Shown here: in pieces, positions 48,664 to 60,240 of the stretch
How positions within the stretch are numbered: the stretch's first letter is position 1
How the letters are laid out: every line of letters starts with the position of its first letter
NCBI GenBank assembly: GCA_965205025.1
Contig: CBDBFU010000014.1
Span: forward strand, 1-64,000
Length of the DNA stretch: 64,000 nt
Source of the DNA: Candidatus Poribacteria bacterium
GTDB taxonomy: Bacteria > Poribacteria > WGA-4E > WGA-3G
Direction: 5' to 3'
The notes under the pieces: generated by a model
What the model was told of the DNA's origin: nothing
What the model saw: the letters and a program-made list of their open reading frames with translations, nothing else
Databases searched by the model: none
Position numbers and translations under genes: made by a program

Positions 48664-48973
48664 CATTTTAATGGAAATGGTATTTTCACCCTAAACTAAC
48701 CCATTTATACAACGCCTAATTCAGAAAGAATAGTTCTCATTTTGAAATATTCCACCGAAATCTGCTCTGATTTAACCCACCACGGATCGTAAATCCTGTT
48801 ATTTTACCTATTGATTATCTCACTGATGTTCATTAGTGAGTTCTCCAATTTTGATTGTAATAACTCGTTCTCTGTGCTATTATAGAGGGTATATATCCTA
48901 CTTGTATTTGATGATAATAGGTATAAAAAGTAGGATGATTTCATGTTGGAATGGACGGTTTCAGGAGTTTTTC

Positions 48974-50027
48974 ATGTTGATTAGAACGAGATCACCGGTA
49001 CGTATAGATTTTGCTGGAGGTTGGACAGATGTTGCCCTATTCACTGAAGAATCCAAGGGATTAGTTGTCAACGGAGCAATCAATCGATATGCGTATGCTA
49101 CACTCGTTTTTGATGGGGATACCGAATTTTTCAGATTCAGTTGAACTTCAACGCGTCATAGATAAAAGTATACGTATCTATTCAGCAGATTTTGATACTT
49201 TTGTCGAAGCAGAGGATGTCCGTCAGCTTGAATATGACGGAAATATTGATCTGGTAAAAGCAGCTGTTCGACAAATGTCAATTCAGTTTGGTGGGTTTGA
49301 TCTAATTACACAATCAAATGCTCCTCCAGGAAGCGGGCTCGGCACCTCAGCTGCAATGGGTGTCACCTTGATTGGCGTGCTTGGGGCACTTAAGGATGTA
49401 ACCTATGTTCCCTATCAATATGCGGAACTCGCCAGTAGCATTGAACGCCATGAACTCGGTATTCTCGGTGGGAAACAAGACCATTATGCCAGTGCAATAG
49501 GCGGCATTAGTTTCATGGAATTCCAGGATGAAGAAGTAAAGACCTCCACTCTAACTTTACCTTCCGACATCCGATATGAATTAGAGAAAAATTTAGTATT
49601 ATGCTATACCGGTCAATCACGATTATCAGGAAGTATTCATCAGAATGTCACACAGGCTTATAAGAGTGAAGAACCGGGTGTAAGAAATGCTTTAGACTCT
49701 TTAAAAGATATTGCTGAATCCACAAAAAATGCACTCATGCGTGGACGGTTAACCGATTTTGGTGAACTACTCACTGAAAACTGGCAGAATCAAAAGAAAC
49801 TACATCCATCCGTGACAAATGATCGGATTGAGAAATTATTTAAAATTGCAAATGAGAATGGTGCAATTGGAGGAAAAGCTTGTGGTGCTGGTGGTGGAGG
49901 GTGTCTTCTCTTCTATTGTCAACCTACTCGAGAACATAGTGTACGACAAAAACTTGAAGATGCTGGCACAAGAATCATTGACTTCAATTTTGATTTTGAT
50001 GGACTTCAAATCTGGAAGGCAGATTAG
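48974..50027 (+). CDS. GHMP kinase (HddA/fucokinase-like) with an apparent +1 frameshift near 49107-49131
   Basis: MLIRTRSPVRIDFAGGWTD in one frame; PPGSGLGTS, GGKQDHYA and GAGGGG in the next. Deleting one T from the T5 run at 49127-49131 joins them (DTEFSDSVELQ). Confidence 0.85.
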
Positions 50028-50125
50028 ATTACTATACATAAATACCATAGTTCATGTCAATTGACACATAATTTCCCTTTTAATTCGATTCATTCCAACC
50101 ATAAATACACTCAGAAGGAAACTTC

Positions 50126-51139
50126 ATGGAAAATACAAAATTCGATACTGATTTGGAAGCTGCTGAATTTTTACGAGATGCACGCGAAAGAATCATCACC
50201 GAATTAAAGAAACAGATCATTGGTCAATCCGATGTTGTCGATCAACTACTTATAGCACTTTTTTCTCAAGGTCATTGTCTACTTGTAGGTGTACCGGGTT
50301 TAGCGAAGACACTACTGATTAGTACTTTTGCTCAAATACTCGAACTCCCATACAATCGCATTCAATTCACTCCAGACCTAATGCCATCTGATATCATTGG
50401 AACTGATATTATTGAAGAGGAGATGAATACCGGTAATCGTGCCTTTCGTTTTATTAAAGGACCAGTATTTGCAAATATAGTTCTTGCTGATGAAATTAAC
50501 CGCACACCTCCAAAGACACAAGCAGCTCTACTACAAGCAATGCAGGAATATAAGGTAACTGCAGGTGGAAATACCTATGCCTTAGAACTCCCTTTCTTTG
50601 TTTTAGCAACACAAAATCCAATTGAACAGGAAGGTACGTATCCTCTCCCTGAAGCACAACTTGACAGGTTTATGTTTAATATCTATATTGATTATCCTGA
50701 AAAATCCGAAGAGAAAGAGATTGTCCTGACGACTACCTCTGCTTATGAACCTGAGATTGAACCTGTTCTTACTGGGGATGAAGTATTAAAGTTACAACAG
50801 ATTGTACGGAAAGTTCCAATTGCTGAAGCGATGGTTGATTACGCAGTTGAACTGAGTCTAAATACCCGGCCTACCAATGATGATGCTCCAGATTTTATTA
50901 AAGACTGGGTTGATTGGGGTGCTGGACCGAGAGCATCTCAATATCTCGTGTTGGGTGCTAAGGCACGAGCAATCATGCACGGACGTTATCATGTTAGTTA
51001 TGAGGATATAAAAGCCGTGACGAAACCTGTTCTACGTCATAGAATCCTGACTAACTTCAATGCCGAAGCGGATGGTATCACGAGTTTAGATATTATCACA
51101 CGGTTATTGGATGAGGTAGAACCACCTGAATCAAATTAG
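50126..51139 (+). CDS. MoxR-family AAA+ ATPase
   Basis: GVPGLAKT, RIQFTPDLMPSD, LADEINRTPPKTQ, NPIEQEGTYPLPEAQLDRF. Confidence 0.95.
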   Translation: MENTKFDTDLEAAEFLRDARERIITELKKQIIGQSDVVDQLLIALFSQGHCLLVGVPGLAKTLLISTFAQILELPYNRIQFTPDLMPSDIIGTDIIEEEMNTGNRAFRFIKGPVFANIVLADEINRTPPKTQAALLQAMQEYKVTAGGNTYALELPFFVLATQNPIEQEGTYPLPEAQLDRFMFNIYIDYPEKSEEKEIVLTTTSAYEPEIEPVLTGDEVLKLQQIVRKVPIAEAMVDYAVELSLNTRPTNDDAPDFIKDWVDWGAGPRASQYLVLGAKARAIMHGRYHVSYEDIKAVTKPVLRHRILTNFNAEADGITSLDIITRLLDEVEPPESN

Positions 51140-51153
51140 AGGCAATTGATGGA

Positions 51154-53868
51154 ATGATTGTTAGAGTCAGGTCGGAGGATATTCTGGTACAACAGACCAT
51201 GCAATTTCAACATAACATGTTACAAACACATCATTCCTCATTGCTACAACCCACATTTATCGCGATATTATTCTGTTTCCTACTCTTCCCTATATCATAT
51301 AATACCCATGCACAGATTAAGACTCCTGATGAGGTGTTAGGTTATCAGGTCGGAAGTGATTACAAAGTAGCAGGATGGAAAACAGTTTCTGGATATTTGC
51401 GTCAATTAGCAGAAAACTCTGATCGGATTGTCGCACAAGAATTAGGTAAGACGACAGATGGAAAGGATTTCTTACTCCTACTCATCTCAGCACCAGAGAA
51501 TTTTGATAAAGTAGACTTTTACAAGGAAAATCAACGTAAACTGGCTTTTCCAAATGATGAAATGGTGCCTGAACTGGATGCCATCTGCCAAGATGGAAAG
51601 GCAGTTGTCCTCATCAATTGTAACTTACATTCCACTGAAATCGCGTCCTCCCAGATGTCGATGGAATTTGCCTATGAATTCGCTACACAAGATACACCAG
51701 AGATTAATAAAATTCTTGAAAATGTCATTATTCTATTAGTGCCATCTGCAAATCCTGATGGTTTAGACATCGTAGTGGATTGGTACAATCGTACAGTCGG
51801 TACACCCTATGAAGGGGCAGAGCTGCCGTGGTTATACCATAAATATACAGGACATGACAACAATCGAGATTGGTTTATGTTGACACAGGTTGAAACACAG
51901 ATACTCACCCGTGTTCTGTATGAAGAGTGGTTCCCAGAGATAGTATATGATGTACATGAAATGAGTTATCGTGGACCACGATTCGTTATTCCACCTTACT
52001 TTGAACCGATGAATCCAAACATTCCACCAATTCTACAGAGAACATTATCTTTGATTGGGGCACAGTTGGCATACGATTTTACGGATAAAGGTTTTACAGG
52101 TGTACTTTCAAATGCCGTTTATGATTCATGGTGGCATGGTGGATTTCGGACTGTCCCATATCGCCACAATATGGTTGGGATATTAACGGAAGCAGCACGT
52201 GTAGAGATAGCAACTCCAATTTTTCAACCCAGAGAATCCTTAAAAGGGTATAGGAGAGGACTCGACAAATATACACTACGCACCAACTTTCCTGAACCGT
52301 GGCCAGGTGGATGGTGGCGTTTACGGAACATTGTAGACTATGAAAAGACAGCAGCGTTGTCCATACTCACTTTTGCAGCAGACAATAAGGTGATGTTAAA
52401 AAGTAATTTTTATAAGATGGGTCTTAACGCAATTAAAAAAGGACAGAATGAACCACCTCGTGCTTTTCTAATTCCAGAACAACAAAGAGACATTCACACC
52501 ATGCTGAAGATGTTAGATATCTTAAAACGAGGTGGTGTGAAAATACATCAATCCACAAACTTTTTCACTGCAGATGGAGTGGAATACCCAGAAGGAACTT
52601 ATGTTGTATTGATGGCACAACCTTTCCGAGCACATGCCAAAGATCTACTTGAAGTACAACACTATCCAGAACGACGTCCATCTCCAGAATCATCACCCGA
52701 ACGACCTTATGATGTTGCTGGATGGACGCTTCCTCTACAGATGGGAGTTAGAACTGTAACCGTTGTGCATCCTTTTGAGGCAGAGTTGGAATTAGTAGAC
52801 ACAATTCCTAAGGTAGAAGGAAATCTAATTTCTATTGCTGAAGCGACAAGATTTCTTTTTGAGAATCAGACGAATGTTGATGCTATAGTTCTGAACCGTC
52901 TATTTAAAAAGGCTATCGAGGATAAAACTTTATTACTCTATTCCTCAAGTAAAGAAGTAAAGAGTGGGGATAAGACTTTTCCACGCGGTACGATTCTTAT
53001 CAGAAAATTGGCAGATGGAATAACTTTAGATGAAGAAATACAGGACATCGCAGAAACGTATGGGATTCAGATATACGCTGATGATTCGATTGATGAGGAT
53101 ACACTTGATAGATCTTTCCTACCTATTTCCCGACCACGACTTGGATTGTATAAACCGTGGTTAGCAAGTATGGATGAAGGTTGGACACGATGGGTTTTGG
53201 ACTCCCATCAGTTTGCTTATAACAGTCTTACGAATTCTGAAATTCGCGCGGGAAATTTGACTGAACGCTATGATGCTATAATCCTTCCTGATATTGGTGC
53301 ATCAAGGATTCTGAATGGACATCCAACCGGAAAACTTCCACTGGAATATGTTGGAGGTATAGGTAATGAAGGATTGGCTAATTTACGTAGATTTGTAGAA
53401 GAAGGTGGAAGTCTAATCTGTTTGAATGCTGCCACGCAACTCCCATTAGAGTACTTTGGATTAGAAGATAAAGGGATTGTTAATGTTGTAAAACAAGCCA
53501 AAAAACCGGGTGAACCAGAATTCTTCTGTCCTGGGTCTTTATTACGTGTATGGATTGATACAAAACATCCCATTGGTTATGGTTTAGATAAAGAAATGGC
53601 TATCATGTTTAAATTTAGTCCTGCATTTGAAGGAGCACGAAGCGGTGCAAAACCAATTGCCACATATCCAGAATTTAATCCATTGATGAGTGGTTGGATA
53701 GAGGGTGAGAAACGAATTCAACAGAAATCCGCGTTATTGGATGTAGAATTAGGGGATGGTCGTGTGATTCTATTTGGTTTCAAACCGCAACAACGGGGTC
53801 AGTCCCACGGAACCTTCAAGTTGCTCTTCAATGCGATTTATTATAGCTCAGTAGATTCTGATGGATAG
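51154..53868 (+). CDS. M14 zinc carboxypeptidase-family protein with C-terminal class I GATase-like domain
   Basis: LHSTE, NPDG, DNNRDW, DVHEM; DEGWTRWVL and FVEEGGSLI. Start uncertain. Confidence 0.88.
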   Translation: MIVRVRSEDILVQQTMQFQHNMLQTHHSSLLQPTFIAILFCFLLFPISYNTHAQIKTPDEVLGYQVGSDYKVAGWKTVSGYLRQLAENSDRIVAQELGKTTDGKDFLLLLISAPENFDKVDFYKENQRKLAFPNDEMVPELDAICQDGKAVVLINCNLHSTEIASSQMSMEFAYEFATQDTPEINKILENVIILLVPSANPDGLDIVVDWYNRTVGTPYEGAELPWLYHKYTGHDNNRDWFMLTQVETQILTRVLYEEWFPEIVYDVHEMSYRGPRFVIPPYFEPMNPNIPPILQRTLSLIGAQLAYDFTDKGFTGVLSNAVYDSWWHGGFRTVPYRHNMVGILTEAARVEIATPIFQPRESLKGYRRGLDKYTLRTNFPEPWPGGWWRLRNIVDYEKTAALSILTFAADNKVMLKSNFYKMGLNAIKKGQNEPPRAFLIPEQQRDIHTMLKMLDILKRGGVKIHQSTNFFTADGVEYPEGTYVVLMAQPFRAHAKDLLEVQHYPERRPSPESSPERPYDVAGWTLPLQMGVRTVTVVHPFEAELELVDTIPKVEGNLISIAEATRFLFENQTNVDAIVLNRLFKKAIEDKTLLLYSSSKEVKSGDKTFPRGTILIRKLADGITLDEEIQDIAETYGIQIYADDSIDEDTLDRSFLPISRPRLGLYKPWLASMDEGWTRWVLDSHQFAYNSLTNSEIRAGNLTERYDAIILPDIGASRILNGHPTGKLPLEYVGGIGNEGLANLRRFVEEGGSLICLNAATQLPLEYFGLEDKGIVNVVKQAKKPGEPEFFCPGSLLRVWIDTKHPIGYGLDKEMAIMFKFSPAFEGARSGAKPIATYPEFNPLMSGWIEGEKRIQQKSALLDVELGDGRVILFGFKPQQRGQSHGTFKLLFNAIYYSSVDSDG

Positions 53869-53903
53869 ACAATGAAATGATAAAAGAGGAACGAGGATTC
53901 TAA

Positions 53904-54491
53904 ATGGAAGAGAATCAGATGCATTTTGGAAGAACTAAAGTATACTCAGATCAGAATACCCTATTCACAGCTGAAGAATTATGGGATCTGGATAATCAAT
54001 ATCGTTATGAATTGATCAGAGGTGAATTATGGATGAAACCCTTGAATGGGTTTGAACATGGTGTCATAGCATCAATAATTGGACATTTTCTTTCCTTGCA
54101 TGTTGAAAGATATCATTTAGGTAATGTTTGTGGTGCGGGAACTGGATTTCATACTTCTCAACATCCAGATACCGTATTGGCACCAGATGCCGCATTTGTA
54201 AACCAGACTTCAATTGATGAACATGGTATTCCGAAAGGATATTGGGTCGGAGCACCTGATCTTGCAGTTGAAATCATATCTCCCAACGATACATATACAG
54301 AAGTCGCAGAAAAGGCAAATCAATGGCTAAATGCTGGATGTAAAATGGTGTGGGTCATAAACCCACGTCGAGAAACAGTCGAAGTATATCGTTCTATTGA
54401 GGATATTACTGTTTTACGTGGGGATGAAATCCTTGAAGGTGGGGAGGTTATAGAAGGTTTTCAGTGTCGTGTGGAGAATCTTTTTGTATAG
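53904..54491 (+). CDS. Uma2-family endonuclease
   Basis: YELIRGEL, APDAAFV, APDLAVEIISPND, VWVINP. Confidence 0.92.
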   Translation: MEENQMHFGRTKVYSDQNTLFTAEELWDLDNQYRYELIRGELWMKPLNGFEHGVIASIIGHFLSLHVERYHLGNVCGAGTGFHTSQHPDTVLAPDAAFVNQTSIDEHGIPKGYWVGAPDLAVEIISPNDTYTEVAEKANQWLNAGCKMVWVINPRRETVEVYRSIEDITVLRGDEILEGGEVIEGFQCRVENLFV

Positions 54492-54507
54492 CGAATAATC
54501 TATCACA

Positions 54508-55890
54508 TTATTCCTTAGAATCTTCTGAAATCAATATGTCACTATCCGATTCATCATCCTGTTTATAGACTTCCAGTTTTCTATGTAAAGTACGCACACC
54601 GATATTTAGTATTCTTGCTGCTTCAGTCTTATTATTTCCCGTCTCTGTCAACGTTTTTTCAATCGCTTCACGTTCAATTTCCTCCATAGTCATACCAACA
54701 CGTCCGATTGAATCTTCTTCAACACTCCTCTGAGTGCCAATAGGGGAGTGTATGCCAGTTCGTCCGTTTTCAGGTATTGGTAACGGGATTAATCCTTCTT
54801 CTGTTCTTTGTTCAACGGCTTTAGCAATGGTTGAAAGTACATCTAAGGTTTTTCGTAGGATTGATGCGGTGTCTTCAGTTTCTGTCGCCTGCAACCAACT
54901 GGTGTCTTCGTCAGGAATAAGTGATGGCATTTCACCACTCTCATTAGCATGGGGTTCCAGCAAACGTACGGCAGAAAGAATTAATCCAAGAATAGTTTTA
55001 TATACCGCTTCGCTTTCTGTTGCGATTAATTGCGGATCAGGATTTACGACTTTAATGGATGTCCCTGACTCATCAAGAATCTGTATCGGATATTTTGTAT
55101 GTTGAGATTCTATATCTGTTGGAATGTCTTTTAATTCAATTTCATCCGATGCTGTTAGGATGATAGCAGATTCAATGGCGTTTTTGAGTTGACGGACGTT
55201 CCCATACCATGCGGCATTTTGAAGATAGTTAAGTGCTTCAGGTTTAATCCCTGTAACCTCTTTACTATGTTTTTCACTTAATTCTGAGATAAATGCATCC
55301 ACGAAGAGAGGAATATCTTCGCGTCTTTCTCGTAAAGGAGGGATTCGGATATGGAACAGGTTTAAACGGTAATAGAGATCTTCTCGGAACTTATCGGTTT
55401 GAACCGAATGTCCAAGATCGACGTTTGTGGCAGCAATTATGCGGACATCTACTTTTACATTCTTTTCACCACCGAGTCGAGTGAATTCCTGGTTTTCTAA
55501 TACACGAAGAAATTTCACTTGAACTTCTGGCGACATCTCACCTATTTCATCAAGAAATAGCGTGCCACCATCAGCCAATTCAAACACACCTCGCCGTTGT
55601 CCAGTAGCCCCTGTAAAAGCTCCTTTTTCATGCCCAAAGAGTTCACTTTGTAGAAGGTCTTGGTAGAATACGCCACAGTTGACAGCTTTAAAGACTTTGC
55701 TTTTCCGCTGACTATTTTCGTGGATAGTTTCTGCGATAACCTCTTTCCCAACACCTGTTTCCCCTGTGATTAGAACAGTGGCATCTGTTGGAGCAACTTT
55801 CGCAACTTTACGCCATACAGATTGTATCTGCTCCGATTTACCTATTATAGGGTATGAAGGTGGATTTGAAAGGGGTGTTGGAAGATTCAT
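54508..55890 (-). CDS. Sigma-54-dependent transcriptional activator lacking an N-terminal sensor domain
   Basis: [38 protein letters not shown], Fis [23 protein letters not shown]. Confidence 0.93.
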   Translation of the reverse strand: MNLPTPLSNPPSYPIIGKSEQIQSVWRKVAKVAPTDATVLITGETGVGKEVIAETIHENSQRKSKVFKAVNCGVFYQDLLQSELFGHEKGAFTGATGQRRGVFELADGGTLFLDEIGEMSPEVQVKFLRVLENQEFTRLGGEKNVKVDVRIIAATNVDLGHSVQTDKFREDLYYRLNLFHIRIPPLRERREDIPLFVDAFISELSEKHSKEVTGIKPEALNYLQNAAWYGNVRQLKNAIESAIILTASDEIELKDIPTDIESQHTKYPIQILDESGTSIKVVNPDPQLIATESEAVYKTILGLILSAVRLLEPHANESGEMPSLIPDEDTSWLQATETEDTASILRKTLDVLSTIAKAVEQRTEEGLIPLPIPENGRTGIHSPIGTQRSVEEDSIGRVGMTMEEIEREAIEKTLTETGNNKTEAARILNIGVRTLHRKLEVYKQDDESDSDILISEDSKE

Positions 55891-55932
55891 TTTTCTCTCC
55901 CTATAGACCCATTGGAAGAAGGTACAACTAAC

Positions 55933-56670
55933 CTACTTGATAATATCAAGTAACACTTCAGGATTATCTTTTACCTGCTCAAAAACCTCAATACCTTGTT
56001 CACATGCTGCTTTGCACAATTTCCTCATAACAACACCTTTCAGTGCCCAGTTTGTGGTACGTAAGCTTTTCTGTAATTCACTTCCTGTTTCAACAACATG
56101 AACATTAGGCAGATTCTCATCTACTGCCTTTTTCTGGCTTTTTGGAAGTAAGAAGACTATAGAAACTGAACGTTCTACTTCAAATACACGTTGCAATGAC
56201 GCAATGTCATCAGGTCGTAATAATGAGAATACAAGGTCATAACCTTCGAGTAAAGCCACTGTTCGTTCAGGAACACCAGTATCATCTAATTCTAAAACAT
56301 CCAGTTCATGAAGTGGGGAAGTATCAAACGGAACGATGATATCCTCTTCGTTGACAGGATCCATCTTGCCGTCAACACGACAATGATACCAAGGAAAATA
56401 CAGATCTATAGAATGCTTTCCATAGTTCTTGTGTCCACGAATCTGATCCAACCCTTTACGTAACTCCACATAAAGAGGACCAGTGAACATATCCTTAGCC
56501 GGTAATCGAAAATCTTTATCTTTGTCGTGCCAACCTTCTTCGTTAAAACCACACAGTTCTTTGATTCTCGATTTTAACCGGTCTGGGGAACTACAATCTT
56601 CCGCATCAAGGGGATTATCAATTTTATGCTTCTGACCCGTTGTATAAGAATTAAAAACCAATACCTTCAC
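55933..56670 (-). CDS. Hypothetical protein, possibly DUF6884-like
   Basis: 245 aa starting 3 nt after the secF stop; LPAKDMFTG resembles the PAxxxYTG motif. Confidence 0.6.
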   Translation of the reverse strand: MKVLVFNSYTTGQKHKIDNPLDAEDCSSPDRLKSRIKELCGFNEEGWHDKDKDFRLPAKDMFTGPLYVELRKGLDQIRGHKNYGKHSIDLYFPWYHCRVDGKMDPVNEEDIIVPFDTSPLHELDVLELDDTGVPERTVALLEGYDLVFSLLRPDDIASLQRVFEVERSVSIVFLLPKSQKKAVDENLPNVHVVETGSELQKSLRTTNWALKGVVMRKLCKAACEQGIEVFEQVKDNPEVLLDIIK

Positions 56671-56673
56671 GCT

Positions 56674-57840
56674 CTATGCCTCCTGGTTATGTTCTCTACG
56701 CTGCCATAAGTATAGAATAGGACTGGCGATGAAGATAGAGGAATATGTACCAATGAGAACACCTACAATCAATGCTAAGGCAAATGTATTGATTTCTTCG
56801 CCTGCACTGGAGAGGACAAAAATAACAATAACAACAAATAAAGTTGTTATGGATGTAATCACTGTTCTACTGAGCGACTGATTGATGCTACGGTTGACGA
56901 CATCTATGTATTCAGTACCACGCAAAGATATACCATTTTCGCGAATTCTGTCAAATACAACAATTGTGTCATTGAGTGAATAACCGATAATTGTAAGAAA
57001 CGCAGCAACAGTTGGTAGATTTATCTCTTTTGTAAGGACAGCAAATAGACCCAGAGTAATCATCACATCATGGACAAGGGCTGCAATAGCACCGATAGCA
57101 AAACGGAATTCAAAACGCCACGAAATATATACGAGTAAGATTGCAATTGACGCGAGAACAGACCATAAAGCAGACCATTTAAGGTCTTTACCAACACTTG
57201 GTCCTACTTCAGTAACATTCACACTATCCGATATTGCTGCCCATCCCTCACCACCTTCAAGAAGTGCGTCGGTGAGTATTCTTCCAATACTTGCTTGTAT
57301 CTGAATAGTAGCATTTTCAGATAGGTCCGTTTCAAATGCATTTGCAAATGTAATATCTATCATACCTGCATCAGCATCTGGTTCAAGGGCAATAATTTCG
57401 TTAATGCGTCGTTCATCCCCTTCAATTATTTCAACGGTATCATTAACCGATAATAGATGTATCTTTTCGACTGTACTACTAACCCTTAGTTTTGTGGCAG
57501 TAGCATCGCCAGGATCACCTTCTATAGGTATGTTAAACGACTGCTTCTGAAATTCGGCTCGATATCCCATTGAGATGAATGCTTTATTTTCGTTCGGATC
57601 GAGTTGTATCTTGGCATCTCCATACCCCAATTCAGATAACTTGGTTTTCAATTCTGCTTCTGTTATAGATTTACTAAATATTGCTTCAATCTTAACGCCA
57701 CCACGAAAGTCTATTCCAAAATTAGGACCTCCATGGAATATGAGGAACGCAATTCCGATTAAGATTAATATGGCAGAGAAAGTAAACCCAGAACGGTATT
57801 TGTTGATAAAATCAAATTTTGTATCTCTTAATAGTTGCAA
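56674..57840 (-). CDS. secF: Protein translocase subunit SecF
   Basis: GIDFRGG, VGPSVGKDL, ALVHDV, IIGYSLNDTIVVFDRIRE, GTYSSIFIA. Confidence 0.96.
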   Translation of the reverse strand: MQLLRDTKFDFINKYRSGFTFSAILILIGIAFLIFHGGPNFGIDFRGGVKIEAIFSKSITEAELKTKLSELGYGDAKIQLDPNENKAFISMGYRAEFQKQSFNIPIEGDPGDATATKLRVSSTVEKIHLLSVNDTVEIIEGDERRINEIIALEPDADAGMIDITFANAFETDLSENATIQIQASIGRILTDALLEGGEGWAAISDSVNVTEVGPSVGKDLKWSALWSVLASIAILLVYISWRFEFRFAIGAIAALVHDVMITLGLFAVLTKEINLPTVAAFLTIIGYSLNDTIVVFDRIRENGISLRGTEYIDVVNRSINQSLSRTVITSITTLFVVIVIFVLSSAGEEINTFALALIVGVLIGTYSSIFIASPILYLWQRREHNQEA

Positions 57841-57931
57841 TTTTTAAATCCTCTCAATCTTCGCTTCACTTCGTAGGAAAATATCTATTTTTACCGATAA
57901 AGCCTACCGTGAAGGAAATTGTCTCCTTTAA

Positions 57932-59879
57932 TTAGATGCTAAGTTTCTCCACATCCCGATTTCCTATAGTCAGTCCGTATATTTCACGCGTGACAACAAT
58001 TGCAGTGAACATACTGGCAAGAATACCAATACCAAGTGTTACCGCAAACCCCTTTATTGGACCTGTTCCAAACTGATACAGGACAAGGGCGGTAAAAAAG
58101 GTTGTTAGGTTTGCATCTAAGATAGTCACAAATGCGCGTTGATATCCGCTTGTAATTGCTTGCCATACAGGTTTCCCCTGAACGTAATTCCTCCCGGATT
58201 CGTTCGAAAATCAGAACATTTGCATCGACTGACATCCCAATTGTGAGTACAAGACCTGCTATGCCGGGTAGAGTTAATGCCGCTCCGAATCCTGCCAATG
58301 CCCCGAGAATGATTATCATATTAAAAACAAGTGCGACGATAGCAATTAAACCGGAAAACCTATAATAGATGACCATAAACACCAACACCCCTGCTAAACC
58401 AATGATAGCAGCCTTCACCCCATTATCTATAGAATTCTTACCTAATGTAGGACCGACGGCTCGTTCCTCGCCAACCTGAACACCAACAGGGAACGCACCA
58501 GCTTTAAGGATATTAGACAGATAGTTTGCCTCCTCAAAACTGAAATTTCCTTCAATCATCGCCGTACCGAATATTTGAGAATTAATGACTGGGGCAGACT
58601 GTACTTTATCATCAAGAAGTATAGCTAAGTGTTCACCGATATGATTACCCGTAATTTGGGCAAATTTACGTGTACCTTCGCTATCAAAATCAATGAGAAC
58701 AACAATCTCAAAACTGGTACTTCCTGAACTGGGTCGTGCCTTAGTAATATGATTTCCAGATAAGAGGACAGGACTTTCAAGCACATACCAGTTACCTGTT
58801 TCGTGATGATAACGAATTTCACTGTTTTCAGGAAGGTCATCTGGAGGCGCGGTATCCGCTGAACCCGACCATAAACTTCCACCTGTTGGGGATTTCTTTA
58901 CAATCTTAAACTCCAACCGTCCCATTGTTTGTACAATACGGAGTGGTTTTGAAGAATCCTTCGCTCCCGGAAGTTCAACGATGATTCGAGGTCTATTTGC
59001 TTCCTGTCGAATTGAAGGTTCGGAAACACCAAAAGCATCAACACGATTTCGTAAGACTATCAACACCTGTTCTATCGCTTGATCACTATATTCATTCATC
59101 CCTTTAGTACTAAGTCGCAGACGATAAGTAGTTTGTGTATCTTTCTCTACTAATACCTCCGCATTATCGAAAAAGTTCACATCATTTAACAATTCGACGG
59201 CTTTATCAAGATATTTTTTCTTTTCTTCTTGGTCTGATCTAAGACGCGATGGAATTTCTATGAGTACGTTTAAGGCATCTTCGTTGGGGACTTGTTCAGC
59301 CTGTCTACATAAAACCTGTTCAGCCCTTAAACTCTCTGGAATAGAGAAAGCGTTTTCTTTCAGTAAAGCTTTTTTCGATTCTTCAAGATTGATCTCAAGA
59401 ACCAGGTGTACCCCACCCTTCAAGTCTAAACCTAACTTTAATCGATTCTCAGGGAGTATAGTTCTTAATCCTATCGGTAAACTTCCGTAAAGATGTAAAT
59501 TCTCCAACGTTCCAGCAGGATTTTCTTTAGCTTTATCGGAAATTAAGTTTACGAAAAATTCTTTGTCTTCAGTTGTATCAAACTGATAGTCAGTTGTCTC
59601 TTCTAAACCGAGCTTATTTAATTGGACATTGAAAACATCCTGCAGTTCTTCGGATGCTTCGTGGAAATTAGTTCCCTCAGGTAGATCTACCTCTGATAAA
59701 TCAAGTCTGAATGCATTATCTTCTGTGATTTCAAACTGAGGGATTCTCTCCTGCAACACGCGTGGTATGTTTCCATACAACGGTAGGTATAATTTGTCCA
59801 GTGTAGGGATAAGGTATAAGACTGATAGTAGTAAAATACCTAATATTAAAACAATTCTCCAGATATTGAATCTGTACAT
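57932..59879 (-). CDS. secD: Protein translocase subunit SecD with an apparent +1 frameshift at 58175-58178
   Basis: LGLDLKGG, RVDAFGVSEP, GMSVDANVLIFERIREE. Removing one G from the G4 run restores SGKPVWQAITSGYQRAFVTILDANLTT...GPIKGFAVTL. Confidence 0.93.
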
Positions 59880-60091
59880 CAAATGCTCCTGTGTTCTATT
59901 ACTAAATTTACGGATGCAAGAATAGGTAAAGTTTTATTTTCTCACAATTGATTGGCTGTATAGAAGATCTAAGAATATCTAACCAAGTTTATGGTAATTG
60001 AAGTTCGGTTAAAATCCACATCCGTAATACTATGTCAATTGTCTGCATCCCAACTCATAGTATGGGACGCTGCTATTTTCTTGCTAATAAG

Positions 60092-60164
60092 TGCGCCTGG
60101 GAGGAATCGAACCCCCGACACGAGGCTTAGGAAGCCCCTGCTCTATCCCCTGAGCTACAGGCGC
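60092..60164 (-). tRNA. tRNA-Arg(CCT)
   Basis: GCGCCTGTAGCTCAGGGGATAGAGCAGGGGCTTCCTAAGCCTCGTGTCGGGGGTTCGATTCCTCCCAGGCGCA; cloverleaf with anticodon CCT; CCA not encoded. Confidence 0.95.
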
Positions 60165-60240
60165 ATTGCCACTCTTATCCCCTCGTATAATTGACGCTGA
60201 ATCTTATAATTTGCAACAGAAAATTATAACATAGTATAGT

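Noticed and set aside
50126-53868. MoxR plus M14 peptidase as a novel chaperone-client system
   Set aside because: Only adjacency supports it; the usual DUF58/vWA partners are absent from the window and both families are common.
60092-60164. tRNA-Arg as integration site of an island
   Set aside because: No duplicated tRNA 3' end or integrase was seen; the flanks are apt and secD.
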